Assembly (NCBI GenBank): GCA_964571855.1
Contig: CAZNDO010000001.1
Coordinates: 863,629-927,628, forward strand
Length of the DNA stretch: 64,000 nt
Direction: 5' to 3'
DNA from: an uncultured Gemmatimonadota bacterium
GTDB lineage: Bacteria > ARS69
How positions within the stretch are numbered: the stretch's first letter is position 1; each line of letters begins with the position of its first letter. The translations under genes were made by a program, and so were the position numbers. The notes below the pieces were generated by a model. It was not told the DNA's origin and made no database searches. It was given only the letters and a program-made list of their open reading frames with translations. Shown here one piece after another: positions 35,337-45,201 of the stretch.

Positions 35337-37580
35337 ATGCAACGCGAAGCGCGGCGGATGGCCGCTGCGGGGACCCTCCTGCTGTCGATGGCCGCCGTCG
35401 CACTGCCCGGCCCGGCCGGGGCGGTCCCGGTCACGTTCCGGGTGCGGATGGCGCAGCAGACCGCGCTCGGGGCCTTCGATCCTTCGACCGACCTCGTGGA
35501 CCTCGCCGGCTCGTTCAACGGCTGGGGCTCCCCGGTGGAGCCGCTCGCGGACGGCGACGGCGACACGATCTGGGAGATCACGCGGGACGGCCTCACGGCC
35601 GGGCAGACGATCGAGTTCAAGTTCCGCATCAACGGCCAGTGGGACGGGAGCGAGGAGTTCCCGGGCGGCGGGCCGAACCGTTCGTACACGGTGCAGCCGT
35701 CCGCGAACACCATCCTCGTCTGGTACAACGACCTCCCGCCGCCGGCCGGCACCGGCGAGCTGCACTGGTGGAACGACACGGTCTTCTACGAGATCTTCGT
35801 GCGCAGCTTCCACGACAGCGACGGCGACGGCATCGGGGATCTCGCCGGCCTCACGCAGAAGCTGGACTACCTGAACGACGGGGACCCGGCCACCACGGAC
35901 GACCTCGGCATCGGCGGCATCTGGCTGATGCCGGTGGCGAGTTCGCCCAGCTACCACGGCTACGACGCGGTGGACTACCGTGCGATCGAGCCGGACTACG
36001 GCACGCTCGCGGACTTCCAGGCGTTCCTGGATGCGGCGCACGTGCGCGGCATCAAGGTGATCGTGGACCTGGTGCTGAACCACTGCTCGTCGCAGCACCC
36101 GTGGTTTTCGGCCTCCGCGGCGAACGACCCCGGCTACCGGAGCTGGTTCCGCTGGTCGGCCACGGATCCCGGCGGCACCGGCCCGTGGGGGCAGCAGGTG
36201 TGGCACCCGAACGCGTCGGGCTGGTACTACGGGCTCTTCTGGGGCGGGATGCCGGACCTGAACTACGACACGCCGGCGCTGAAGACGGAGATGCTGGACA
36301 CCGCCACGTACTGGCTGGACACGGTGGGCGTGGACGGCTTCCGGCTGGACGCGGTGCTGTACATCGACGAGGACGGCGGGCAGCTCCAGAACACGCCGGG
36401 GACGCTGCAGTTCTGGCAGGAGTTCCGGACGCACATGGACACGGTGAAGCCGGATGCCCTCGCGGTGGGCGAGGCGTGGACGGCGAGCAGCATCGTGAAC
36501 CAGTACGTGATCGACGACCGGCTGGACCTCTGCTTCGAGTTCGACCTGGCGGGCGCCACGCTGGGCGCGGTCAACGGCGCCGACGCGGGGTGGCTCGCCA
36601 CGAAGGCCGCGCAGGTGTACGCGCTGTACCCCTTCCTGCAGTTCGGAACGTTCCTCACGAACCACGACCAGGACCGCGCGTACTCCGTGCTCGGCCAGGA
36701 CGAGGGCCGTGCGCGCGTGGCCGCCGGCATCTACCTCACGCTGCCCGGCGTCCCGTTCGTGTACTACGGCGAGGAGATCGGCATGACCGGCACCGGCGCG
36801 CACGAGAACATCCGCACGCCGATGCAGTGGTCGACGGCCGCGGGCGCGGGGTTCACGGCGGGCACGCCGTGGTACCCCGTGAACGCGGACTACCTGGCGA
36901 GGAACGTGGCCGTGCAGGAGCAGGATCCGGGCTCGCTGCTGGAGTGGTACAAGCGGTTGATCCACCTGCGCGGCGCCACGCCGGCGCTGCGTCGCGGCGC
37001 GCACCACGCGCTGCAGAGCTCCCGCGGATCCGTCCTCGCCTTCGCGCGCATCGACGGCGGGCAGTCGGTGCTGTGCCTGGCGAACACGTCGGCGTCGCCG
37101 CGGAGCGGGATCACGGTGACCGGCGCCGCGGCGAGCCTCCCGCCGGGGGAGCGCGCACTCGTGAACCTGCTCGATCCCGCGGACGTGCGCGAGATCACGA
37201 TCACCGCCGATCACCGCATCCAGGGACTGGACCTGGACGGCCACGAGGTGGCGGTCTACGAACTCCGGGACTCCACGGGCGTGATCCCCGGCGCCGCGCG
37301 GCCCGGACTCCGGCTCGAGGGCGCGAACCCGAACCCCTTCCAGCCGCCTGCGGCCATCCGCTACGAGCTGCCGCGGCGGGAGCGTGTACGAATCGGCGTG
37401 TACGACCTCGGCGGGCGGGAGGTGCGCATCCTGCGCGACGAGCCGCAGGACGCCGGCGTGTACGACGTCCCCTGGGACGGCACCGACCGGCAGGGCCGCC
37501 CGATGTCCGTGGGCGTGTACTTCGTCCGCCTGGAGGCCGGCGGCGAGACGCGGATCGCGAAGATCACGCTGCTGCGGTGA
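35337..37580 (+). CDS. Secreted GH13 alpha-amylase with N-terminal CBM-like domain and C-terminal sorting-like domain
   Basis: FYEIFVRSF.DSDGDGIGDL, YHGYD, VDLVLNH, GFRLDAV, VGEAW, FLTNHDQDR, YYGEEIGM, RTPMQW; NPNPF...YDLGGREVRIL...WDGTD tail. Confidence 0.9.
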   Translation: MQREARRMAAAGTLLLSMAAVALPGPAGAVPVTFRVRMAQQTALGAFDPSTDLVDLAGSFNGWGSPVEPLADGDGDTIWEITRDGLTAGQTIEFKFRINGQWDGSEEFPGGGPNRSYTVQPSANTILVWYNDLPPPAGTGELHWWNDTVFYEIFVRSFHDSDGDGIGDLAGLTQKLDYLNDGDPATTDDLGIGGIWLMPVASSPSYHGYDAVDYRAIEPDYGTLADFQAFLDAAHVRGIKVIVDLVLNHCSSQHPWFSASAANDPGYRSWFRWSATDPGGTGPWGQQVWHPNASGWYYGLFWGGMPDLNYDTPALKTEMLDTATYWLDTVGVDGFRLDAVLYIDEDGGQLQNTPGTLQFWQEFRTHMDTVKPDALAVGEAWTASSIVNQYVIDDRLDLCFEFDLAGATLGAVNGADAGWLATKAAQVYALYPFLQFGTFLTNHDQDRAYSVLGQDEGRARVAAGIYLTLPGVPFVYYGEEIGMTGTGAHENIRTPMQWSTAAGAGFTAGTPWYPVNADYLARNVAVQEQDPGSLLEWYKRLIHLRGATPALRRGAHHALQSSRGSVLAFARIDGGQSVLCLANTSASPRSGITVTGAAASLPPGERALVNLLDPADVREITITADHRIQGLDLDGHEVAVYELRDSTGVIPGAARPGLRLEGANPNPFQPPAAIRYELPRRERVRIGVYDLGGREVRILRDEPQDAGVYDVPWDGTDRQGRPMSVGVYFVRLEAGGETRIAKITLLR

Positions 37581-37613
37581 CGCGGCCCCGCGGCCACGAG
37601 GCCGCGAGGCCCG

Positions 37614-37643
37614 TTGACCGCGGGCCGCTCCCGTCCCTACGAT
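37614..37643 (+). promoter_or_regulatory. Sigma70-type promoter upstream of the kinase-ECF operon
   Basis: TTGACC (37614-37619), 18 nt, TACGAT (37638-37643), 46 nt before ATG 37690. Confidence 0.45.
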
Positions 37644-37689
37644 CCGGGAGTCCGTTCGGCTTCGAGCCACCTACCGCCCAGGACCCCCG

Positions 37690-40503
37690 ATGGACCGCGA
37701 TCGGTCGTGGAACCGGCTCCGCGAGCTGTTCGACCAGGCGGTGGATCTCGACCCCGACGGCCGCCGGCGGCTCCTCGAGCGGGAGGCCGTCGATCCGCTC
37801 CTGCGCTCCCGCGTGGAGGCCCTCCTCGTCGCGCACGACTCGGGCGGGGACATCCTGGACGAACCCGCCGCGCCCGCCGCCGCGGGGGGCGCCCCGGCGC
37901 TCGCCGGGGACTCGATCGGCCCGTACCGCCTGCTCGAGCAGATCGGCGAGGGCGGCTTCGGCGTGGTCTTCCTCGCGGAGCAGACGAAGCCGTTCCAGCG
38001 GCGGGTCGCGCTGAAGCTGCTGCGGGCGGACGCCAGCTCCGCGCAGGTGCTCGCCCGGTTCGAGGCGGAGCGGCAGGCGCTGGCGCTGATGGACCACCCG
38101 AACATCGCGAGCGTGTTCGACGCCGGCGCCACGCCCGCCGGGCAGCCGTACTTCGTGATGGAGTACGTGGACGGGGCGCCGATCACCGACTTCGCCGACG
38201 CGCAGCGGCTGCCCGTGGAGGAGCGGCTCCGGCTCTTCCTCCAGCTGTGCGAGGCGGTGCAGCACGCGCACCAGAAGGGCGTGATCCACCGCGATCTCAA
38301 GCCGTCCAACGTGCTCGTGGCCGCGGCCGACGACCGGCCGCAGGTGAAGGTGATCGACTTCGGCGTGGCCAAGGCGCTCGGCGCGCGGCTGACCGCCGAG
38401 ACCGTGTACACGCAGCTCGGCATGCTCATCGGGACGCCGGAGTACATGAGCCCGGAACAGGCGGACGCCGGCGCCCTGAAGGTGGACACGCGCTCGGACG
38501 TGTACTCGCTCGGCGTGCTGCTGTACGAGCTGCTGGTGGGCGCGCGCCCGCTGGATCGCGCGGCGCTGCGCGAGGCAGGGCTCTCGGCGATCCTGCGGGC
38601 GATCCGGGAGACCCAGCCGCCGCGGCTGTCCACGCGGCTCGCCGCGCTCGGCGCGGAGGCGGCCGCGGTGGCGGCGGCGCGACGATCGGACGCGACCACG
38701 CTCGCGCGGCGGCTTCGCGGGGACCTGGAGTGGATCACGCTGCGCGCCCTGGAGAAGGAGCCGGACCGGCGCTACCCGAGCGTGGGCGCCCTGGCGGAGG
38801 ACGTGGCGGGCGCGCTGGCCGGCCGCGCCGTCTCCGCGCACCCGCCCAGCGCCGCGTACCAGCTCCGCAAGCTCGTGCAGCGGCATCGCGTGGGCGTGGC
38901 CTTCGCGGGCACGGTGTTCGTGCTGCTCCTCGGGTTCGCCGTGGCGATGTCCATGCAGTACCGCGAGCAGCGCATCGAGCGGTTGCGCGCGGAGCGAATG
39001 AACGCCTTCCTGCAGACCATGATGGGCAGCGCGAACCCCACGCGGGCGCGCGGCGCGGACGTGCGGATGCGGGACGTGCTGGACGCGGCCGCGAAGGAGC
39101 TGGACGCGCTGCACGACGAGCCGGAGGTGGAGGGCGCCGCCGCCATGACGATGGCCTACTCCTACGAGATGCTCTCCGAGCTGGAGCCGGCGGAGGCGCT
39201 GGCCCGCCGGGCGATCGCGGCGTTCACGGCGGCGCAGGGCCCGGAGGGCCGCGACGCGCTCGCGGCGCGGATGCGGCTGGCGTCCATCTTCCGCAGCGGT
39301 GGGCAGGCGGACTCCGCCATCGCGCTGCAGGAGCAGGTGGCGGGGATCCTCGCCGTGCGCCGCGGGGCGTCGCCGCGCGATCGCGCCAACGCGCTCGGCG
39401 AGCTCGGGCGCAGCCTGCAGGACCGCGGCGACTACGACGGCGCGCTGCAGCGCGCGGAGGAGGCCCTGCGCATCCTGGAGGACGCGCGGCTCACGGACCA
39501 CGAACTGTACGGCTCCGTGTGGAACGACCTGGGCAAGACGTACCAGTCGCTCGGGCGGATCCCGGACGCGGAGCGCGCGTACCGGGCGGCGCTCGAGTCG
39601 CACCGCCGGCTGCTCGGCCCGGACCACCCCTTCCTGCCGATGGGCATGACCAACCTGGCGAGCACGCTGCGCGCGCAGCGCAAGTACGCGGAGGCGGAGA
39701 CGCTGCTGGCATCGGCGGCCGTGCTGCAGGAGAAGCTGCTCGGCCCGGAGCACCCGGGCGTGGCCTCGGTCTACAACAGCCTCGGCCTCCTCATGAAGCA
39801 GCAGGAGAAGTACGCGGAGGCGGAGAGCCTGTACCGCAAGTCGCTCGACATCCGGCGGCGCGCGTACGGGGAGGCCGGTCACCCGGACGTGGCCACGTCG
39901 CTGAACAACCTCGGGGTCCTGTACCGGGCGCAGGGGCGGCTGGCCGAGGCGGAGGCGTGCTACCGGGAGGCGCTGGAGGTGTACCGGCGCGCGTTCGGCG
40001 AGGAGCATCCGAACATCGCACTGTGCCTGAACAACATCTCGGGGCTGCTGGAGGACCAGGGGAAGGCCGCGGAGTCCGAGGCCGTGGCACGGCAGGCGCT
40101 GGCGATGCGCGAGAAGCTGCTCGGCCCGGACCACCCGGACACGATCAAGACCCAGCGCACGCTCGGGATCTCGCTGATGCGGGCGGGAAGGCCGGCGGAG
40201 GCGGAGGCGCTGCTCTCCGCGGCGATGGAACGGAGCGGCGCGGATTCCGTGCTCGTCTCGCTCGCGGCGGTCCCGCGCGGGGAGTGCCTCGTCACGGCGG
40301 GGCGCGCGAAGGAGGCGGAGCCTCTGTTCGCGCGGTGGCTGCCGGTCTTCCTCGAGCACGGCGGCGGCGCGACCGAGGCGAAGCTCCGCTACCTGGGGCT
40401 GGCGGCCGCGAGCAGCCGCGCGGCGGGCCGGGACTCCGCGGCCGCCGCGTTCGCGGCGGACTCGGTCCGGCTGGCGACATCCGCCCCGACGGGTGCGCCG
40501 TGA
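37690..40503 (+). CDS. Membrane Ser/Thr protein kinase with C-terminal TPR array
   Basis: IGEGGFGVV, VALK, HRDLKPSNV, VIDFG, GTPEYMSPEQ, DVYSLG; a TM segment; kinesin-light-chain-like TPRs (LGPEHP.VA.SLNNLG). Confidence 0.92.
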   Translation: MDRDRSWNRLRELFDQAVDLDPDGRRRLLEREAVDPLLRSRVEALLVAHDSGGDILDEPAAPAAAGGAPALAGDSIGPYRLLEQIGEGGFGVVFLAEQTKPFQRRVALKLLRADASSAQVLARFEAERQALALMDHPNIASVFDAGATPAGQPYFVMEYVDGAPITDFADAQRLPVEERLRLFLQLCEAVQHAHQKGVIHRDLKPSNVLVAAADDRPQVKVIDFGVAKALGARLTAETVYTQLGMLIGTPEYMSPEQADAGALKVDTRSDVYSLGVLLYELLVGARPLDRAALREAGLSAILRAIRETQPPRLSTRLAALGAEAAAVAAARRSDATTLARRLRGDLEWITLRALEKEPDRRYPSVGALAEDVAGALAGRAVSAHPPSAAYQLRKLVQRHRVGVAFAGTVFVLLLGFAVAMSMQYREQRIERLRAERMNAFLQTMMGSANPTRARGADVRMRDVLDAAAKELDALHDEPEVEGAAAMTMAYSYEMLSELEPAEALARRAIAAFTAAQGPEGRDALAARMRLASIFRSGGQADSAIALQEQVAGILAVRRGASPRDRANALGELGRSLQDRGDYDGALQRAEEALRILEDARLTDHELYGSVWNDLGKTYQSLGRIPDAERAYRAALESHRRLLGPDHPFLPMGMTNLASTLRAQRKYAEAETLLASAAVLQEKLLGPEHPGVASVYNSLGLLMKQQEKYAEAESLYRKSLDIRRRAYGEAGHPDVATSLNNLGVLYRAQGRLAEAEACYREALEVYRRAFGEEHPNIALCLNNISGLLEDQGKAAESEAVARQALAMREKLLGPDHPDTIKTQRTLGISLMRAGRPAEAEALLSAAMERSGADSVLVSLAAVPRGECLVTAGRAKEAEPLFARWLPVFLEHGGGATEAKLRYLGLAAASSRAAGRDSAAAAFAADSVRLATSAPTGAP

Positions 40504-41093
40504 CCGCGCGCGACGATCGGCCGCCCGGGGACGCCGGACCGCCGAAGCCGACGGAGAAGATGCTGGAGTCGCTGTACACGGAGCTGCGCGAGCTGGCGCA
40601 CGCGCGCATGCGCCGGGAGCGCGGCAAGACGCTCCGCACCACGGAGCTCGTGCACGAGGCGTATCTTCGGTTGCGCGGCGACGAGTCGCCCGCCTGGGAG
40701 AACCGCGCGCACTTCTTCGCCGCGGCGGCCGAGGCCATGCGGCGGATCCTGATCGAGCGGGCGCGCGCCCGCGGGCGGGCGAAGCGCGGGGGTGACGACG
40801 ACGGCCGGCCGCCGCAGCGCATCTCCTTCGCGGACGTGCCGGTCGCCGACATGGCCGTGGACTGCGACCCGGACGACCTGCTCGCGCTGGACCGCGCCAT
40901 CGAGACGCTTCGCCGCAACGATCCGCGCGCGGCCGAGGTGGTCCGCCTGCGCTTCTACACCGGGCTCAGCCTCGAGGAGACCGCGGAGGCGCTGGGGGTG
41001 GCGGTGCGCACCGTGAAGCGGGACTGGACCTTCGCGAAGGCGTGGCTCCTGGACCGGCTGGGAGAGCCGGGCGGTTCGCCCGGGGGCGACTGA
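40500..41093 (+). CDS. ECF sigma factor of the kinase-activated (ECF43/TIGR02999-like) type
   Basis: LYTELRELAH, TLRTTELVHEAYLRL, NRAHFFAAAAEAMRRILIERAR, KRGG and RDWTFAKAWL; GTGA overlap with the kinase stop. Confidence 0.9.
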   Translation: MTARDDRPPGDAGPPKPTEKMLESLYTELRELAHARMRRERGKTLRTTELVHEAYLRLRGDESPAWENRAHFFAAAAEAMRRILIERARARGRAKRGGDDDGRPPQRISFADVPVADMAVDCDPDDLLALDRAIETLRRNDPRAAEVVRLRFYTGLSLEETAEALGVAVRTVKRDWTFAKAWLLDRLGEPGGSPGGD

Positions 41094-41123
41094 CGCGGGG
41101 AGGCCGGAAGGGCGGAAGGCTGT

Positions 41124-41167
41124 CCGGATGCATCCGGGCCGCCCCGGGTGTATCCTGGATCCAGGAT
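41124..41167. promoter_or_regulatory. Two perfect palindromes upstream of the large surface-protein gene (candidate operators)
   Basis: CCGGATGCATCCGG (41124-41137) and ATCCTGGATCCAGGAT (41152-41167). Confidence 0.35.
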
Positions 41168-41192
41168 CCGGCAAGATCATCGGGGGTGTTGC

Positions 41193-44100
41193 ATGCGGGG
41201 CTTGCCGTGCGTTGCTGCGCTTGCGCTCATCGGTTCCTCGTCCGTATCCGCGGTTACCATCCACGTTCCCGCCGATCACACCACCATCGCCGCGGCCCTC
41301 GGTGCCGCCATGCCCGGCGACACGGTGCGCGTCTCGTGCGGTCTCTACGAGGAGACCGGTCTTGTCCTTCCGCGCGACGTGACGCTGCTCGGGGATCCGG
41401 CAGACTCGTCCTGCGTCGTGCTCCGATGTCCGTCGCCGGGCCGGCCCATCCTGCGCCGGGAGGTTGCCTTCGGGACGAACACGATCCGGTGGATCACGTT
41501 CCGTGACGGCAACTGCACCGACTACGGCGGCGGAGGCGCGATCCGCGGTTCCGGCTACAGCACGACGCACATCTCGAACTGCCGGTTCGAGGGGAACACC
41601 GCGAACAGCGGCGGGGGTGCGGTGGCCACGGTGTCCTCCATCCGGGATTGCGTCTTCGTCGGGAATCACGCCCGGACGGGCGGCGCGGCGTCGTCGACCA
41701 CGATGCAGGTCGTGGGTTGCACGTTCCTCCGCAACCGCGCCACGGACTCGGGCGGTGCGTTGCACCTCGTCAGCGGGCTGGTGGCGGACTGCATCCTCGA
41801 GGAGAACGTGGCGGAGAACCACGGTGGCGGCGTTCGTGTCTCCGGCAACGGATACGCGCGCATCGAGGACTGCTTCTTCCGCGCGGACTCCGCGACCTAC
41901 GGGGGAGGGCTGGCGTACAACGGGTACACGGATCCCGCCCGCTGCGTCTTCCGGGACAACCACGCGTCCCTGGATGGCGGCGGCCTGTACCTCCAGTCCG
42001 CCGTCGTGGACGACTGGTGGCATGACGACATCGTGTACCCCGTCGGTTGCGCCTCCAGCCGGTTCCTCGGGAATCGAGCCGAGAGACGGGGAGGGGCCAT
42101 CGCGCAGGGGCTGGGTTTCGGCACGATCCGGGACTGCTCCCTGGTAGGCAACTCGTCGCCCGACGCCGGGGGGTATGCCGCGGCGCGAGGCGGGAGGATC
42201 GAGCGGTGCCTCATCGAGGGTTCTCCCCAGGGAGCCGCTGTGACGGCGCTCGTTCCCGCGGAGTACCCGTGGGTGGAGTGCTCCGACTTCCACGCGAACG
42301 CGGGGGGCGACTGGACGCCCGGCCTGGCGATCTACATCGGCTTCAATGGCAATTTCTCGGCGGATCCGCTGCTGTGCGCCTCCTCCGGGGACTCCCTGGC
42401 CGTGGCCGCCGCCTCCCCGCTCCTGCCGGAGAACAACGAGTGCGGCGTCCTCATCGGGGCGAGCGGCGCTGCGTGCGAGTCCCCCGGGGTCGTGGTGACG
42501 ACCACGCCGCCCGGGCTCACCGTGGATGTGGACGGCGTACCGGTCGTGGCGCCCGCGGTGTTCGATTGGACCGAGGGGTCGTTCCACACGGTCGGCGTGC
42601 CCGACTCCGTGCTGCCGGGCCCCGGCGTGCGCATCCTCTTCCAGTCGTGGTCCGACGGCGGTGGCGCCACGCACGGCGTCCCGGCCCCGCCATCCCCCGC
42701 GACGATTCGTGCGACGCTGGACAAGACCTACCGCTTCACCGCCACGGCGGGCGCCGGCGGCACCGTCACGCCGCCCACGGACTGGCACCCCGCGCAGGAG
42801 CGCCTCCTCGTCCTCGCGATTCCGGATTCGGTCCATCGACCGGCCGGATGGGTCGGCACCGGCCTCGGCTCGTACACCGGCGGCGGCACGGGGATCGCGC
42901 TCGTCCTGGGTGCTCCGATCTCGGAGCACGCGTCGTTCGAGTACGACGGAACGTATCCCGTGACCATGATCGCGGTCGGGGGCGGGACGGTCTCGCCGCC
43001 GAGCGGCGAATTCCACGTCGGCGACGACGTGGAGATCGTCGCCCAGGCCCCTGTCGGCTACATCTTCGACGGCTGGGTGGGAGAGGGCAGCGGCTCGTAC
43101 ACGGGCCCGGACGCCACCGCGGTCATCCGGATCCTCGGTCCGATCACGCAGACCGCCACGTTCCGGAACGTCGGCTTCGTGCCCGTGGTCGTTCAGGCCT
43201 GGGGCGGCGGCACCGTCGAGCCGGCGAGCGGGGACTACCTGCGCGAGGCGCCGCTCGGGATCTATGCCTACCCGTCGCCCGGCTTCGCCTTCCATTACTG
43301 GGGCGGCGACGGACCGGGGTCGTACACCGGCCCCGAGCAGGCCGCGACCATCCGGCCCATGGGGCCAGTGACGCAGACGGCGTACTTCACCACGGGCACG
43401 TTCCCCTTCACGATCACCGCCGGTCCGGGCGGCGTGGTGTCGCCGGACAGCGGGGATCGCGCGGCGGGTGCCGGACTGTCGATCTACGCCACGCCGTTCA
43501 GCGGCTGGCGCTTCCGCGAGTGGCAAGGCACGGGTCCCGGTTCGTACTCGGGCCCGCTGGCGAACGCGTCCGTGACCGTGCACGGGCCCATCACGCAGCA
43601 TGCCGTGTTCGAGCCGGAGGAGACACAGCACGGCTACGAGTTCTCCGTGAGCCGGAGCGCCACCGATCCGTTCGCCACATCAGGTCCGCCCACGGGGGTG
43701 CCGCGAACCCTCTACCTCTGGCTGACCTGCAGCCAGCTCGGACTCTCGGCGCTCGAGCTCGGCGTGCAGAGCACGATTCCGCTCACGGAGTTCGCGCCCG
43801 CGGCGGGCGTGTACAACGTGGGCTCCGGATCGGACCTCCTCCTGGCGGTCGCCGGCTGCCCCACCGGGAACGACGTGGCCCACGTTCTCGGCTCCTGGAC
43901 CGCTCTCGATACGGGAGGCGAGGTGTGCCTCGGACCGTCCGCCGCGAACGGAGTGTTCGCCGCCGTCGATTGCGGGCCACAGCCCTTCGTGTGGCCTGAC
44001 CCTGTCGCGCGAGGGTTCTCCTCCCTCACGCCGTCGCCGTGCGTGACGGGAGCCAACGGGTGCGGCACGCCCGTGTCGCTCGTGCTGAGCCAACTGGAGG

Positions 44101-44654
44101 CTTCGCCGGGCGATCGGCGGGTCGTGCTGACGTGGACGACCTCGTTCGAAGTGAACCACGCCGGGTTCCACGTCTACCGCGGCGAGGGCATGGACGGTCC
44201 CTACATCCGTCTCACGCCGGACATGCTGACCGGACGCAGCCCGCATCGGTTCGAGGACAGCACCGTGGAAGCGGATCGGATCTACCACTACAAGGTCGGC
44301 GCCGTGGAGGTCGGAGGCCACGAGGACCTCTACGGGCCGGTCGCCGTCACGACCCCGAAGTGGGCTCCCTTGGAGACCGCTCTGACGGGGGCGGTGCCGA
44401 ACCCGTTCCGGGGGGAGACACGGATCCGCTTCTCCCTCGCGCGCCCCGGCCCGGCGAAGCTCGTGATCTACGACGTTGCGGGGCGTGCCGTCGCTTCGCT
44501 GGTCGACGGCCCCCTGCCGGCCGGCGATCACTCGGTCCTGTGGGATGGGCGAACGAGTACGGGGCGCGCCGCGTCCGGCATCTACTTCGCGCGTTTCGAT
44601 GCGGTGTCGAAGCGTCAAACGGAGCGCATCGTGTTCCTGGGAGGGAAGCGATGA
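41193..44654 (+). CDS. Large secreted protein: right-handed beta-helix (GG[AG]-FxxN repeats), InlB-B-repeat-like domains and C-terminal sorting-like domain
   Basis: Signal peptide; IHVPADHTTIAAAL, repeated FxxN..GGA, NGNFSADPLLC, four WxGxGxGSY[ST]G repeats; AVPNPF...YDVAGR...WDG tail. Confidence 0.8.
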   Translation: MRGLPCVAALALIGSSSVSAVTIHVPADHTTIAAALGAAMPGDTVRVSCGLYEETGLVLPRDVTLLGDPADSSCVVLRCPSPGRPILRREVAFGTNTIRWITFRDGNCTDYGGGGAIRGSGYSTTHISNCRFEGNTANSGGGAVATVSSIRDCVFVGNHARTGGAASSTTMQVVGCTFLRNRATDSGGALHLVSGLVADCILEENVAENHGGGVRVSGNGYARIEDCFFRADSATYGGGLAYNGYTDPARCVFRDNHASLDGGGLYLQSAVVDDWWHDDIVYPVGCASSRFLGNRAERRGGAIAQGLGFGTIRDCSLVGNSSPDAGGYAAARGGRIERCLIEGSPQGAAVTALVPAEYPWVECSDFHANAGGDWTPGLAIYIGFNGNFSADPLLCASSGDSLAVAAASPLLPENNECGVLIGASGAACESPGVVVTTTPPGLTVDVDGVPVVAPAVFDWTEGSFHTVGVPDSVLPGPGVRILFQSWSDGGGATHGVPAPPSPATIRATLDKTYRFTATAGAGGTVTPPTDWHPAQERLLVLAIPDSVHRPAGWVGTGLGSYTGGGTGIALVLGAPISEHASFEYDGTYPVTMIAVGGGTVSPPSGEFHVGDDVEIVAQAPVGYIFDGWVGEGSGSYTGPDATAVIRILGPITQTATFRNVGFVPVVVQAWGGGTVEPASGDYLREAPLGIYAYPSPGFAFHYWGGDGPGSYTGPEQAATIRPMGPVTQTAYFTTGTFPFTITAGPGGVVSPDSGDRAAGAGLSIYATPFSGWRFREWQGTGPGSYSGPLANASVTVHGPITQHAVFEPEETQHGYEFSVSRSATDPFATSGPPTGVPRTLYLWLTCSQLGLSALELGVQSTIPLTEFAPAAGVYNVGSGSDLLLAVAGCPTGNDVAHVLGSWTALDTGGEVCLGPSAANGVFAAVDCGPQPFVWPDPVARGFSSLTPSPCVTGANGCGTPVSLVLSQLEASPGDRRVVLTWTTSFEVNHAGFHVYRGEGMDGPYIRLTPDMLTGRSPHRFEDSTVEADRIYHYKVGAVEVGGHEDLYGPVAVTTPKWAPLETALTGAVPNPFRGETRIRFSLARPGPAKLVIYDVAGRAVASLVDGPLPAGDHSVLWDGRTSTGRAASGIYFARFDAVSKRQTERIVFLGGKR

Positions 44655-44986
44655 CCTTCCTCTACCTCTGCGCGGACACGATGGGCTCGGGGGACCCGGT
44701 GCTGGGCCGGAAGCTCCTCGCGAAGTTCCTGGCGGAGCTCGCCGCGTCGGACGTGCGCGTGGACCTCGTGGGCTGCGTGAACGACGGCGTTCGGCTCACC
44801 ACGTCGGATGGCCCCGCGCTGGAGAGTCTCCAGGCGCTGCAGGCTCGCGGCGCACGCATCGCGTCGTGCGGCACGTGCCTGGACCATCTCGGGTTGCGGG
44901 AGGCGCTCCGCATCGGGGAGATCGGCGACATGGCCGGGACCGTGCAGGTCATGGCCTCCGCGGACCGCGTGATCCGTCCCTGCTGA
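44651..44986 (+). CDS. DsrE/YedF-like sulfur (or selenium) relay protein
   Basis: DTMGSGDPVLGRKLL..FL, NDGVRLT, I.SCGTCLDHLGL, IGEIGDM; ATGA overlap with the upstream gene. Confidence 0.75.
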   Translation: MTFLYLCADTMGSGDPVLGRKLLAKFLAELAASDVRVDLVGCVNDGVRLTTSDGPALESLQALQARGARIASCGTCLDHLGLREALRIGEIGDMAGTVQVMASADRVIRPC

Positions 44987-45201
44987 GTCCGGGCCCGCCG
45001 GCCCCGCGGGGTCCCCGGTGGTCCCGCGGCAGACGGGCGTGTATCCAACTGTGGAGTCGCCCGTCCTGTTTTGGAGACGGCGCGCCTCGCCCGCGCTGCG
45101 GAACCCGCGCCCCCGCCCCTTCGGTGGCGACGGAGCCTCGCCCCCGGTTGTCCGCCCCCCGGACTCCGGATGTCCCATGATCCGGAAAGGACATCCCAGC
45201 A

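Noticed and set aside
45040-45130. tRNA-Trp-like CTCCAAA loop on the minus strand (GCCGTCTCCAAAACAGG)
   Set aside because: The anticodon stem is mismatched and there is no recognisable T-arm (GTTCGA), D-arm or acceptor stem.
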